A stretch of 15,618 bases of DNA from Candidatus Omnitrophota bacterium (GCA_021735045.1 JAIPHU010000018.1:1-15618); one strand, 5' to 3'; positions 1-7,012 are shown, counted from the stretch's first letter. Made by a program: numbers and translations. The notes: generated by a model from the sequence alone, not told the origin.

Positions 1-145
1 CAGCCACTTCATTAAAAGTTACATATAAATTATAACCTTCTTTTTTAAAGCTTACTTTTCCCGTCTTAAAAGTGATTGCTGCCAAACCTAGAATACAAAT
101 TAAGAAAAATAAACCTACTTTAAACTCGTTACCATATTTCTTCAT
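1..145 (-). CDS. mlaD: MlaD / MCE-domain protein, N-terminal fragment (continues beyond the left edge)
   Basis: ATG is the reverse complement of 143-145, preceded by AGGAG (reverse complement of 153-157). My translation is MKKYGNEFKVGLFFLICILGLAAITFKTGKVSFKKEGYNLYVTFNEVA, a single N-terminal membrane anchor followed by the start of an MCE-like domain. It lies directly downstream of mlaE-mlaF on the same strand. Confidence 0.6.
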   Translation of the reverse strand, partial: MKKYGNEFKVGLFFLICILGLAAITFKTGKVSFKKEGYNLYVTFNEVA

Positions 146-185
146 GTTCACGCTCCTTACATATTATTAAATTCTAATATACAAA

Positions 186-308
186 CTACAAATTACAAAC
201 AATATACAATTTCAAATACCAAAATTACAAACAAAATATAAATGTTTTGGCAATTGTAATTTGAGATTTGTAATTTGTTTGGAATTTGTTATTTGTAATT
301 TGTAATTT
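186..308. repeat. AT-rich inverted-repeat array built from the 9-mer AAATTACAA / TTGTAATTT, in the mlaF-mlaD spacer
   Basis: Forward copies of AAATTACAA lie at 190-198 and 222-230. Reverse copies (TTGTAATTT) lie at 254-262, 268-276, 293-301 and 300-308. Bases 187-199 (tacaaattacaaa) are exactly complementary to 292-304, and ccaaaa (219-224) is complementary to ttttgg (245-250). Confidence 0.7.
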
Positions 309-311
309 CAT

Positions 312-1109
312 CTATTCTATTACGTCTTGAATATCAACATCACTAAAAACGTTCATCGGGCCTTTTGGATTGCCTTCAATAAACTGTTTTACATAAGGAT
401 TTTTCGTTTCTTTCAAGCCCTGATTAGAATTAATTTCTACAACTTTTCCTTTATGAATCATCGCTGAACGATCAGCGATATTAAAAACAGATTGCATATC
501 ATGTGTTACAACTACCGAAGTAATCAGCAATTTTTTACTTAAATCTTTAATTAATTTATCAATTACCCCACCGACTACCGGATCAAGCCCAGATGTGGGT
601 TCATCATAAAATACAATATCCGGATCAAGAACAATAGCCCGAGCTAATCCTACCCGTTTGCGCATTCCGCCTGAAATTTCGGAAGGAAAATAATCTTGGA
701 ACCCCCGTAACCCAACTAAAGAAAGTTTCATTTTAACTATAATACTTATTATGTTTTCTGCTAATTTCGTATGTTCACGAATCGGAAGCGCAACATTGTC
801 TTTTACCGAAAGTGAATCTAACAGCGCTGAATATTGAAAAAGCATTCCTGCTGCTCGTTTTATCTTGTTTAGTTCAGAATCTTTAGCGGTAGCTATATTT
901 TTATCTTTAATAATTACCTCTCCTGCATCCGGTTTTAGAGCACCCGTCATAATCCTCATTAAGGTAGATTTACCTGATCCCGAACAGCCCATAATTACAA
1001 AAGTTTCACCGCGATATATATCTAAACTTATGTTATCAATAACAGTTACACTGCCAAAAGTTTTGGTAACATTTTTTAAAGAGATAATTACTTCTTTATT
1101 ATTAGACAT
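312..1109 (-). CDS. mlaF: ABC transporter ATP-binding protein, MlaF family
   Basis: Walker A GCSGSGKST, ABC signature ISGGMRKRVGLARA, Walker B IVFYDEPTSGLD and H-loop VVTHD. ATG start at 1107-1109 overlaps the mlaE stop by 8 nt. Confidence 0.9.
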   Translation of the reverse strand: MSNNKEVIISLKNVTKTFGSVTVIDNISLDIYRGETFVIMGCSGSGKSTLMRIMTGALKPDAGEVIIKDKNIATAKDSELNKIKRAAGMLFQYSALLDSLSVKDNVALPIREHTKLAENIISIIVKMKLSLVGLRGFQDYFPSEISGGMRKRVGLARAIVLDPDIVFYDEPTSGLDPVVGGVIDKLIKDLSKKLLITSVVVTHDMQSVFNIADRSAMIHKGKVVEINSNQGLKETKNPYVKQFIEGNPKGPMNVFSDVDIQDVIE

Positions 1110-1890
1110 TTGAAAAATAAAACATTGTAGTTAATACGCAATCTGCCAAAATTATTAAAATAAAACTAATTACTACACTTTTAGTTGTAGCCTTACCTAC
1201 TCCTTCTGCCCCGCCTTTAGTGTTAAAACCTTGGTAACAACCAATTAAAGCTATAATTATTCCAAACACAAAAGATTTCGATAGGCCGGTATAGATATCT
1301 TTTAGTTCTAGATACTTAAAAGTAGTCTGAATATAAAGTGAGGAACGTAGGCCAAGACTGGTTATCCCTACTAAATACCCTCCTAACATCCCAGAAATAT
1401 TACCTAAAACAGTCAAACAAGGCTGCATGAAAAACAAAGCAATAAATTTAGGCACGGCTAAAAATCGCACCGGATCTATAGCCATTATATCCAGGGCCTC
1501 AATTTGTTCACTGACTTTCATCGAGCCGATTTCTGCAGTTATTGCTGAACCAACTCGGCCCGCAATAACTAAACCTACAAGTACAGGGCTTAGTTCCCTA
1601 GTTAAAGATACTGCAACCAGTGATGCCACATAAATGGTTGCTCCCATCTGCTCCAACTGATAAGCAGACTGCATTGCTAACACAATACCAGTAAAGATAG
1701 TTACAAAAAATACAATTAAAGCCGAACGCAGTCCGACAAAAACCATCTGGTGGAAAATACTTTCCCGGCGAGCTGGTTTAGACTTAAACGGCCCAATAAA
1801 TATCCAATAAAGGATATCTAGAAAAAGAGCTATAACTCCAACTATTGAGTTATAAAATGAAATTATGCCTTTACCAATTCTTGAAATCAC
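1102..1890 (-). CDS. mlaE: ABC transporter permease, MlaE family
   Basis: 262-aa polytopic membrane protein of typical MlaE length and pattern (VGLRSALIV, LTRELSPVLVGLVIAGRVGSAITAEIGSMKVSEQIEAL). GTG start (reverse complement of 1888-1890) forms a GTGA overlap with the upstream STAS gene stop. Confidence 0.88.
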   Translation of the reverse strand: MISRIGKGIISFYNSIVGVIALFLDILYWIFIGPFKSKPARRESIFHQMVFVGLRSALIVFFVTIFTGIVLAMQSAYQLEQMGATIYVASLVAVSLTRELSPVLVGLVIAGRVGSAITAEIGSMKVSEQIEALDIMAIDPVRFLAVPKFIALFFMQPCLTVLGNISGMLGGYLVGITSLGLRSSLYIQTTFKYLELKDIYTGLSKSFVFGIIIALIGCYQGFNTKGGAEGVGKATTKSVVISFILIILADCVLTTMFYFSNV

Positions 1891-2222
1891 TTAAACCTCT
1901 CTACTGCTTGTTCTTGATTGAGACAAATATCAAATAATTTATCCAGCTTTGTTACCTCAAACACACTTTTTACTTTCTCGGCTAAATTACAAATTTTTAA
2001 TTCTCCATTTTCTTTTTTCAGACGCTGCAAGAGTTCAATTAAAGTAGCTAGGCCGGAACTATCAATATAGGCAAGATTTTGGCAATCAATAATTACTTTT
2101 TTTATTCCCTGATCAGTGTATTGATCAAAAGCCTTGCGTAGCTCAGGAGAGGTATCAATATTAATTTCTCCCGAAATCGAAGCAATAATTATGTCCTCTT
2201 TTTTTTCTTCATTTATTTTCAT
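1887..2222 (-). CDS. STAS-domain protein (anti-sigma-factor antagonist, SpoIIAA/RsbV type; possible MlaB analogue)
   Basis: About 111 aa with the conserved phospho-acceptor context YIDSSGLATL. The track ORF starts at GTG 2225. I prefer the ATG at 2220-2222 (MKINEEKK), which overlaps the kinase TGA by 1 nt (TGATG). Confidence 0.85.
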   Translation of the reverse strand: MKINEEKKEDIIIASISGEINIDTSPELRKAFDQYTDQGIKKVIIDCQNLAYIDSSGLATLIELLQRLKKENGELKICNLAEKVKSVFEVTKLDKLFDICLNQEQAVERFK

Positions 2223-2641
2223 CACTCCCCCTTATTTAAATACTTTATCATTTTTAGCTTACACCCTCCCTCAAAAAAATCAAGTTTATCCATAAATTTT
2301 TTAATTAAAAATACACCCCTGCCTGACTGTTTAGTTAAATTATTTTTAACGGTAGGCAACTTTAAATTTTTATGATCAAACCCCTTACCTTTGTCTTCAA
2401 TGCAAATTTCTAATTTATCTTTCTTTTTAATTATTTTTAAAAAAACAGATTTACGCGAGTCTAAATTGTTGCCATGCTTTATCGCATTAATCAACGCTTC
2501 GTTTAAGGCAAGTTTGAGATCAAAAAGGACATCTTCTTTAATGCCACTATTTTTTAATTTTTTCAGAATTTTTTCAACCAGTTGGGGGACTTCTTGCGGA
2601 AATAGTTTGATTTCTTTATCAACTATCAAGGTTAGCCTCAA
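2222..2641 (-). CDS. HATPase_c anti-sigma-factor-type serine kinase (RsbW/SpoIIAB-like)
   Basis: N-box NEALINAIKHGN, G1 box EDKGKGF and G2 box GRGVFLI, with a size of ~135-139 aa. No ATG is available. Candidate starts are TTG at 2639-2641 or TTG at 2627-2629, the latter preceded by GAGG with 6-nt spacing, so the exact start is uncertain. Confidence 0.8.
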   Translation of the reverse strand: MRLTLIVDKEIKLFPQEVPQLVEKILKKLKNSGIKEDVLFDLKLALNEALINAIKHGNNLDSRKSVFLKIIKKKDKLEICIEDKGKGFDHKNLKLPTVKNNLTKQSGRGVFLIKKFMDKLDFFEGGCKLKMIKYLNKGE

Positions 2642-2642
2642 A

Positions 2643-3125
2643 TTATTTTTTTAAGGTCTTCTTTAAATTAACTAAATCAGTGTAGTGCTTTTTTTCTTGC
2701 TCGATTACTTGATCAATCAATTCTTTTCTTTCTGCTTTCATGTACTCTTTAAAAGAAGTATAGACTAAAATTGACTCTTTCTCAATGCTGATACCAAAGT
2801 TAACTGCTTCCAGGTCATCTTTAAAATCTTGCCTTAGTTTTTCTTCAATTAGTTGAGGGCTAAAAATATATTCAGAAGAAATGGCCCGAATATAATTATC
2901 ATACTCACCCGGCTTGAGCTCATAAACTATATAATCACCAGCCTTGGCTAAAATTTGAGAAAATATTTTTTTGTGTTCTACTTCTTGTTCTTTTAGGTAA
3001 TCCCAAATTTTTTTAGCTTCGGGATTATCTGTTTTTTTTGATAACTTATCATAAAGTTTAGCTCCAATCTCTTCAACTTCAATCGATATCCTTAATATTT
3101 CTTGAGGGCTAAATTGATTTTCCAT
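2643..3125 (-). CDS. Ferritin-like di-iron four-helix-bundle protein (rubrerythrin/ferritin-like superfamily, no rubredoxin domain)
   Basis: Two E...ExxH pairs: EVEEIGAKLY...EQEVEH and IEKESILVY...EQEKKH. ATG at 3123-3125 is preceded by GAGG. Its stop is 1 nt from the kinase start. Confidence 0.7.
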   Translation of the reverse strand: MENQFSPQEILRISIEVEEIGAKLYDKLSKKTDNPEAKKIWDYLKEQEVEHKKIFSQILAKAGDYIVYELKPGEYDNYIRAISSEYIFSPQLIEEKLRQDFKDDLEAVNFGISIEKESILVYTSFKEYMKAERKELIDQVIEQEKKHYTDLVNLKKTLKK

Positions 3126-3151
3126 AAATACCTCTACGTCTTAAAGGTTTT

Positions 3152-3209
3152 CAGTTGCCATGTCACCAGTTTTCAGTATATTACTGGTGACATGGTGACT
3201 TGGCAACTG
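3152..3209 (-). terminator. Long imperfect GC-containing hairpin between the DpsL-like and ferritin-like genes. It could be a terminator without a U-tract or an RNA processing/stability stem.
   Basis: cagttgcca+tgtcaccagt (3152-3170) pairs with actggtgaca (3183-3192) and tggcaactg (3201-3209), leaving an 8-nt bulge. There is no U-tract on the minus strand. Confidence 0.3.
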
Positions 3210-3222
3210 GTAACTTTATGAC

Positions 3223-3714
3223 TTATTTAACTGGAGTTTCTAAATCTTCTAAAATTGCTTCTAAATCTTCTTCGTGCTCGACTTCGTCAGACAAAATATC
3301 TAAAACCATATTAGAGGTAATTGGGTCTTTATCCCCAATAAACTCTAACAAACTCTTATATACTTCTATAGCACACTGTTCCCCATCGATGTTTTGTTTG
3401 ACTAATACTTTGGTGTTTGGATTAGAAGGTACTTCATACTTACAATTTGTCTGGTTATACCACTCTTTTGGCTCTAAAATTGGAGTTCCCCCTAACTGCA
3501 AAATTCTTTCTACTAATTGATTCGCATGTTCCAACTCTTCATTAGCATGTTCTTCTAATTCTGAAGCAACAATCCCTCTCATTCGCCCTTTTGCAACCTT
3601 TGCGCCTGTCCAATACTGATAATAGGCTAGCCACTCATCAGCTAAAGCTTTGTTTAAAAGCTTTAGTAGTTCTTGCAAATCAACACCTACGATTTCACGT
3701 CCTTTTGTTCCCAT
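3223..3714 (-). CDS. DPS-like (DpsL-type) ferritin-superfamily protein
   Basis: 163 aa with bacterioferritin-like di-iron ligands (ELEEHANEELEHANQL and SDEVEHEEDLE). The N-terminal pattern LLKLLNKALADEWLAYYQYW is typical of the Dps-like family. ATG at 3712-3714 is preceded by AAGGAGG. Confidence 0.8.
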   Translation of the reverse strand: MGTKGREIVGVDLQELLKLLNKALADEWLAYYQYWTGAKVAKGRMRGIVASELEEHANEELEHANQLVERILQLGGTPILEPKEWYNQTNCKYEVPSNPNTKVLVKQNIDGEQCAIEVYKSLLEFIGDKDPITSNMVLDILSDEVEHEEDLEAILEDLETPVK

Positions 3715-3729
3715 TTTAACCTCCTTTAT

Positions 3730-3891
3730 TTACTCTACTTTTTCAAATTGATCTTTTCCTACTCCACATTCAGGACAAACCCATGAATCAGGGATGTCTG
3801 AAAAATTTGTTCCTGGCTCTACTCCATTGTCTGGATCCCCTTTTTCCGGATCATAAATATAACCGCAAACAGTACATCTATACTTATCCAT
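3730..3891 (-). CDS. Rubredoxin (53 aa). It is not in the supplied ORF track.
   Basis: Hand translation of the minus strand gives [53 protein letters not shown], followed by TAA at 3730-3732. It has the two canonical rubredoxin knuckles CxxCG and CPxCG. GGGAGG lies 5 nt upstream of the ATG. Confidence 0.92.
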   Translation of the reverse strand: MDKYRCTVCGYIYDPEKGDPDNGVEPGTNFSDIPDSWVCPECGVGKDQFEKVE

Positions 3892-3918
3892 ATTGCCTCC
3901 CTAATTTAAATTTAAATA

Positions 3919-3946
3919 ATTCTACCATAAAGAAAATAGTTGTAAA
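3919..3946 (-). promoter_or_regulatory. Candidate sigma70-type promoter for the rubredoxin-DpsL unit
   Basis: On the minus strand the sequence reads TTTACA (3941-3946), a 16-nt spacer, then TGG-TAGAAT (extended -10 TGn; hexamer at 3919-3924). It sits ~28 nt upstream of the rubredoxin ATG, just after the MFS stop. Confidence 0.45.
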
Positions 3947-3952
3947 GAAAAC

Positions 3953-5137
3953 TCAATAATTTTCTGAATTAAGTTTTTCTTTTAAGACAAAAAATAAAAT
4001 ACCAGCTATCCCCGTAACCAAGCCTCCATAAATAAAAGCCCAGAAAGGAGAAATCCATTGCCAGATAACGCCAATTATAATCCCTTCAATGATGCTTGTG
4101 ACTCCCACTACAGCATGAAATGCCCCTAAAGCTGATGCTCTTAGGTTTTTTGGCGATAAATCAGAAACATAAGCTCTCTGGTTTGCATCAATAATCGCAT
4201 TCACAAAACCATAGGTAGAAAATAATAGAGAGTAAGCAATTAAGCCTTCAAAATAAGCAAAGCCTAAAGCTAATAGAGAAAACAAAAGATAACCAAAAGC
4301 TAAAACTCTCCTTCTACCGATTTTGTCTGCCAAGACTCCAAAGGGGTAAGAAAAGCTAGCATAAATTAAATTAGATAATATATATAAAACTATCGGCAAA
4401 ACATTTGCTACTCGCAAACTATAAATTGTTGCAAAAAAATCCTTACTTTTTAAAATAAAAAACATATAGCTAAAGTTAGCTAAATAAAAAATAGCTGAAA
4501 TAAAAATCAATGTTTTAACCTGGCTGGGTAAATTTTTAAAAGTTAAAACAAAAGAAATCTGCTGAGGTTTATTTGCTTTCGCTTTCACAAAATAAAGAGG
4601 AAACAAAGAGAAAAAAGAAATTACAGCAGCTACAATAATTATGGTGCGAAAATCTAAATGTATCAGCCAATATAAAAATAGAGCAAAAAAAGCACCTAAT
4701 ACCGCTCCCATCGTATCAAAGGTGCGGTGTAGGCCAAAACTTCTGCCTCTATTTGTGTCCGTTGAATCAGCAATGATTGCATCCCGAGGCGCGGTGCGCA
4801 GGCCCTTGCCTACTCGCTCTAAACCGGTAAAAACAAGTACATGTTGCCAAATAGTGGATAAGCCAATAAATAATTTAAATACTGCAGAATTTAGGTAACC
4901 GGCAAAAACAAAACTCTTTCTTTTTCCGGTTTTATCAGTCCAGTAACCAGATAAAATTTTAAAAATACTCGATAATCCTGCCCGCAAACCTCCAATTAAA
5001 CCAATTGCAAAACCGCCGCCTCCTAAAGAAGCAATAAATAAAGGTAGAATCGGCATAATCATTTCACTACTTAGATCATTTAAGAAACTTACCCAGCTAA
5101 GATACCAAACATTGGGACTTATTTTGTTTTTCTTCAT
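3953..5137 (-). CDS. MFS transporter (substrate unknown)
   Basis: 394 aa with ~12 predicted hydrophobic spans and MFS-like loop motifs (GYWTDKTGKRK between TM2/3, LADKIGRRR between TM8/9). ATGA overlap with the upstream DHH gene. Confidence 0.85.
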   Translation of the reverse strand: MKKNKISPNVWYLSWVSFLNDLSSEMIMPILPLFIASLGGGGFAIGLIGGLRAGLSSIFKILSGYWTDKTGKRKSFVFAGYLNSAVFKLFIGLSTIWQHVLVFTGLERVGKGLRTAPRDAIIADSTDTNRGRSFGLHRTFDTMGAVLGAFFALFLYWLIHLDFRTIIIVAAVISFFSLFPLYFVKAKANKPQQISFVLTFKNLPSQVKTLIFISAIFYLANFSYMFFILKSKDFFATIYSLRVANVLPIVLYILSNLIYASFSYPFGVLADKIGRRRVLAFGYLLFSLLALGFAYFEGLIAYSLLFSTYGFVNAIIDANQRAYVSDLSPKNLRASALGAFHAVVGVTSIIEGIIIGVIWQWISPFWAFIYGGLVTGIAGILFFVLKEKLNSENY

Positions 5138-6093
5138 CTTATTAATTTTTTCACTTCTCGGATAACTTTTTTTATTGATTGATCTGAATTTGGGATATAA
5201 AAACCGGCAATATCAAAATGGCCGCCACCTTGGAATTTAGAGGCAAACCGAGCAACATTAATTCTACCTTTTGATCTTAAACTAACTCTCAATTGGTTAT
5301 TACTTTTTTCTCGAAAAAATACCACAATTTGTACATTCTTAATTGCAAGCATTTCATTGGGGAAAGGATCTACATCTTCATCGGAAGCTTTAAATTGTTT
5401 AAAATCTCTGGTTCTAACTATCGACCAAACAATTTTATCCTTTTTTAAAAACTTCATTCTCTTTGCACACAAGCTCCAAAGCATCACTGCCTGTTTGGAT
5501 TTCGACCAATAAACAGTCTCAGAAATCCGCGAAAAGTTAATACCAGTTTTTAAAAGTTCTGCACAAATTGCAAAAGTTTTAGAATTTGTCGAAGGTAGGC
5601 GAAAAGAATTAGTTTCGACAATGATTGAGGTTAAAATATTTTCCGAAATATTTTTAGTAAGATCTATACCAAAATTTTTTAAAAGAAAATAAATCATCTC
5701 TCCTGCTGCAGATGCTTTCGGATCAACTACCGAAATTTGAGCAAATTTATTTCTGATTCGATGATGATCGATGGCAATAGATTTTTTAGCATTTTTAAAA
5801 TCAGTTAAATTTTTTCCTAACAGAGAACCTTTGCCACAATCAACTGCTATTGCAAGGTCGATATTTTTCTTATTCAAACTTTTTTTTATTAATTTAGCAC
5901 CGGGAAGAGTTTGATATACTTTAGGTATGCTATCAGCATTTAACATAACAACCTTTTTACCTAAAGATTTAAGCCCCAGCCCTAAAGCTAACATCGAGCC
6001 AATTGTGTCACCATCTGGATTTATATGGCTAAATATTGTTATTGATTTAGCAGATAAAATTTCTTTTTTAACTCTTTTAAACTTGTTCAACAC
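5134..6093 (-). CDS. nrnA: DHH/DHHA1 phosphoesterase, NrnA-like (oligoribonuclease / pAp phosphatase family)
   Basis: Motifs [20 protein letters not shown] and the C-terminal DHHA1 motif GGGH. GTG start at 6091-6093 overlaps the nfu 3' end by 17 nt, so the start is uncertain by a few codons. Confidence 0.8.
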   Translation of the reverse strand: MLNKFKRVKKEILSAKSITIFSHINPDGDTIGSMLALGLGLKSLGKKVVMLNADSIPKVYQTLPGAKLIKKSLNKKNIDLAIAVDCGKGSLLGKNLTDFKNAKKSIAIDHHRIRNKFAQISVVDPKASAAGEMIYFLLKNFGIDLTKNISENILTSIIVETNSFRLPSTNSKTFAICAELLKTGINFSRISETVYWSKSKQAVMLWSLCAKRMKFLKKDKIVWSIVRTRDFKQFKASDEDVDPFPNEMLAIKNVQIVVFFREKSNNQLRVSLRSKGRINVARFASKFQGGGHFDIAGFYIPNSDQSIKKVIREVKKLIR

Positions 6094-6301
6094 TTTTAAT
6101 TTCCGGTATTTTTTCTTTTAGCTTTTGCTCAATAGCAAGCTTTAAAGTATAGGTGCTCATCGGACAATGCCCGCAAGCACCAGTTAGTTTTACTTTAACA
6201 TCCCCTTTATCTGAAACTTCAACTAGTTCAACATCGCCTCCGTCAGCTTTTAGAGCCGGACGAACTTCTTCTAATACTTTTTCAACCTTTTCCGTAAGCA
6301 T
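6077..6301 (-). CDS. nfu: NifU C-terminal-domain (Nfu-type) Fe-S cluster carrier
   Basis: 74 aa with [11 protein letters not shown] and the CGHCPMS (CxxC) motif characteristic of Nfu/NifU C-terminal domains. ATG at 6299-6301 is preceded by GGAGG. Confidence 0.85.
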   Translation of the reverse strand: MLTEKVEKVLEEVRPALKADGGDVELVEVSDKGDVKVKLTGACGHCPMSTYTLKLAIEQKLKEKIPEIKSVEQV

Positions 6302-6312
6302 ATCTTTACCTC

Positions 6313-6386
6313 CATTAAAAATGCAATTATTTAGCGAATACCTTTATTTTTAATGGCACTTAAGCCAAATTCCTTGGCGAAGTGCC
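6313..6386 (-). repeat. Copy A of a 74-nt structured leader element (10-bp AT stem plus GC hairpin) abutting the nfu SD
   Basis: 68/74 identical to 15473-15546. cattaaaaat (6313-6322) is complementary to atttttaatg (6346-6355). The hairpin at 6355-6386 has a 7-bp outer stem, a 5-bp inner stem and a 5-nt loop. Confidence 0.85.
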
Positions 6387-6398
6387 TTTACTTTATTA

Positions 6399-6427
6399 AT
6401 TATATCTATTAAATACTATTTTAAAAC
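6399..6427 (-). promoter_or_regulatory. Weak candidate promoter upstream of element copy A
   Basis: There is a perfect TATAAT on the minus strand (reverse complement of 6399-6404), but only a poor -35 (GTTTTA/TTTTAA at 16-17 nt). TATAAT is expected by chance in DNA this AT-rich. If the promoter is active, the whole 74-nt element would be 5' UTR. Confidence 0.25.
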
Positions 6428-6462
6428 CAGCTAATTCTACTAATTACTGACTTTTTTCGTTT

Positions 6463-6966
6463 TTAAAACTTCTGAAATCTTTCCTTTTTGGCTTTACAAA
6501 TTGGACAAACAGCAGGAGTTTCCCCTTCCACTGTATAGCCGCAAACATCACAAATGTAAAGATTAGACAAGGTTATATCTTTAGCTTGGCTGACTTCTTC
6601 TTTTGCTTCCTTATACATTTGGGCATGTATTTTTTCTGCCTCAAGTGCATAATGAGTCGTTCTTACAGCCTCCGGCTCATTCTGTTGCTTCGCTTGATTG
6701 TAATAAGCCGGATACATCTGGTCAACTTCAAAAGTTTCTCCTTCGATGGCCACATCTAAATTATCCTTTGTATCAGAAACCTTGGCTAAAGCCTTTAGAT
6801 GATTGGTGGCATGAACTTTTTCCGCAAAAGCTATTCCCCGAAAAAGTCTTGCAATATTGGAAAAACCTTGAGCTGCGGCTTTTTCCGAAAATATTAAATA
6901 TTTCATATGCGCTTGAGATTCTCCGGCAAAAGCTTTTTCTAAGTTTTCTTCAGTCATTTTATGCAT
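6463..6966 (-). CDS. rbr: Rubrerythrin (di-iron ferritin-like domain plus C-terminal rubredoxin-like CxxC...CxxC domain)
   Basis: Motifs FAGESQAHMKY, EKVHA, EGETFE, LEAEKIHAQMY and CDVCGY...CPICKA. I start it at ATG 6964-6966 (MHKMTEEN), which has GGAGG 7 nt upstream. The track's GTG start at 7071 adds 35 non-homologous residues that run through intergenic hairpins. Confidence 0.9.
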   Translation of the reverse strand: MHKMTEENLEKAFAGESQAHMKYLIFSEKAAAQGFSNIARLFRGIAFAEKVHATNHLKALAKVSDTKDNLDVAIEGETFEVDQMYPAYYNQAKQQNEPEAVRTTHYALEAEKIHAQMYKEAKEEVSQAKDITLSNLYICDVCGYTVEGETPAVCPICKAKKERFQKF

Positions 6967-6972
6967 TTTTTT

Positions 6973-6998
6973 ACCTCCATTAAAAATGAAATTATTTA
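6973..6998 (-). repeat. 26-nt core of the leader element (SD-proximal part only) in front of rbr
   Basis: acctccattaaaaatgaaattattta is 25/26 identical to 6308-6333 in front of nfu. The GC hairpin of the full element is absent here. Confidence 0.75.
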
Positions 6999-7012
6999 AT
7001 AACCAACTATCA

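Noticed and set aside
6308-6345. The conserved AT-rich leader core as a PerR/Fur/Rex-type operator
   Set aside because: I could not find a convincing match to the 7-1-7 PerR/Fur-like or TTGTTAA-N-TTAACAA Rex-type palindromes as I remember them. Only AAAT...ATTT flanks are symmetric. This remains a hypothesis inside the findings and is not a feature call.
6321-6353. A 10-codon mini-ORF on the plus strand inside every full copy of the repeat (ATG CAA TTA TTT AGC GAA TAC CTT TAT TTT TAA, giving [10 protein letters not shown])
   Set aside because: There is no SD on the plus strand, because the upstream sequence is the complement of the minus-strand SD. It is preserved simply because the copies are identical in this segment, so there is no independent evidence of coding. 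Ribosome profiling could revisit this.
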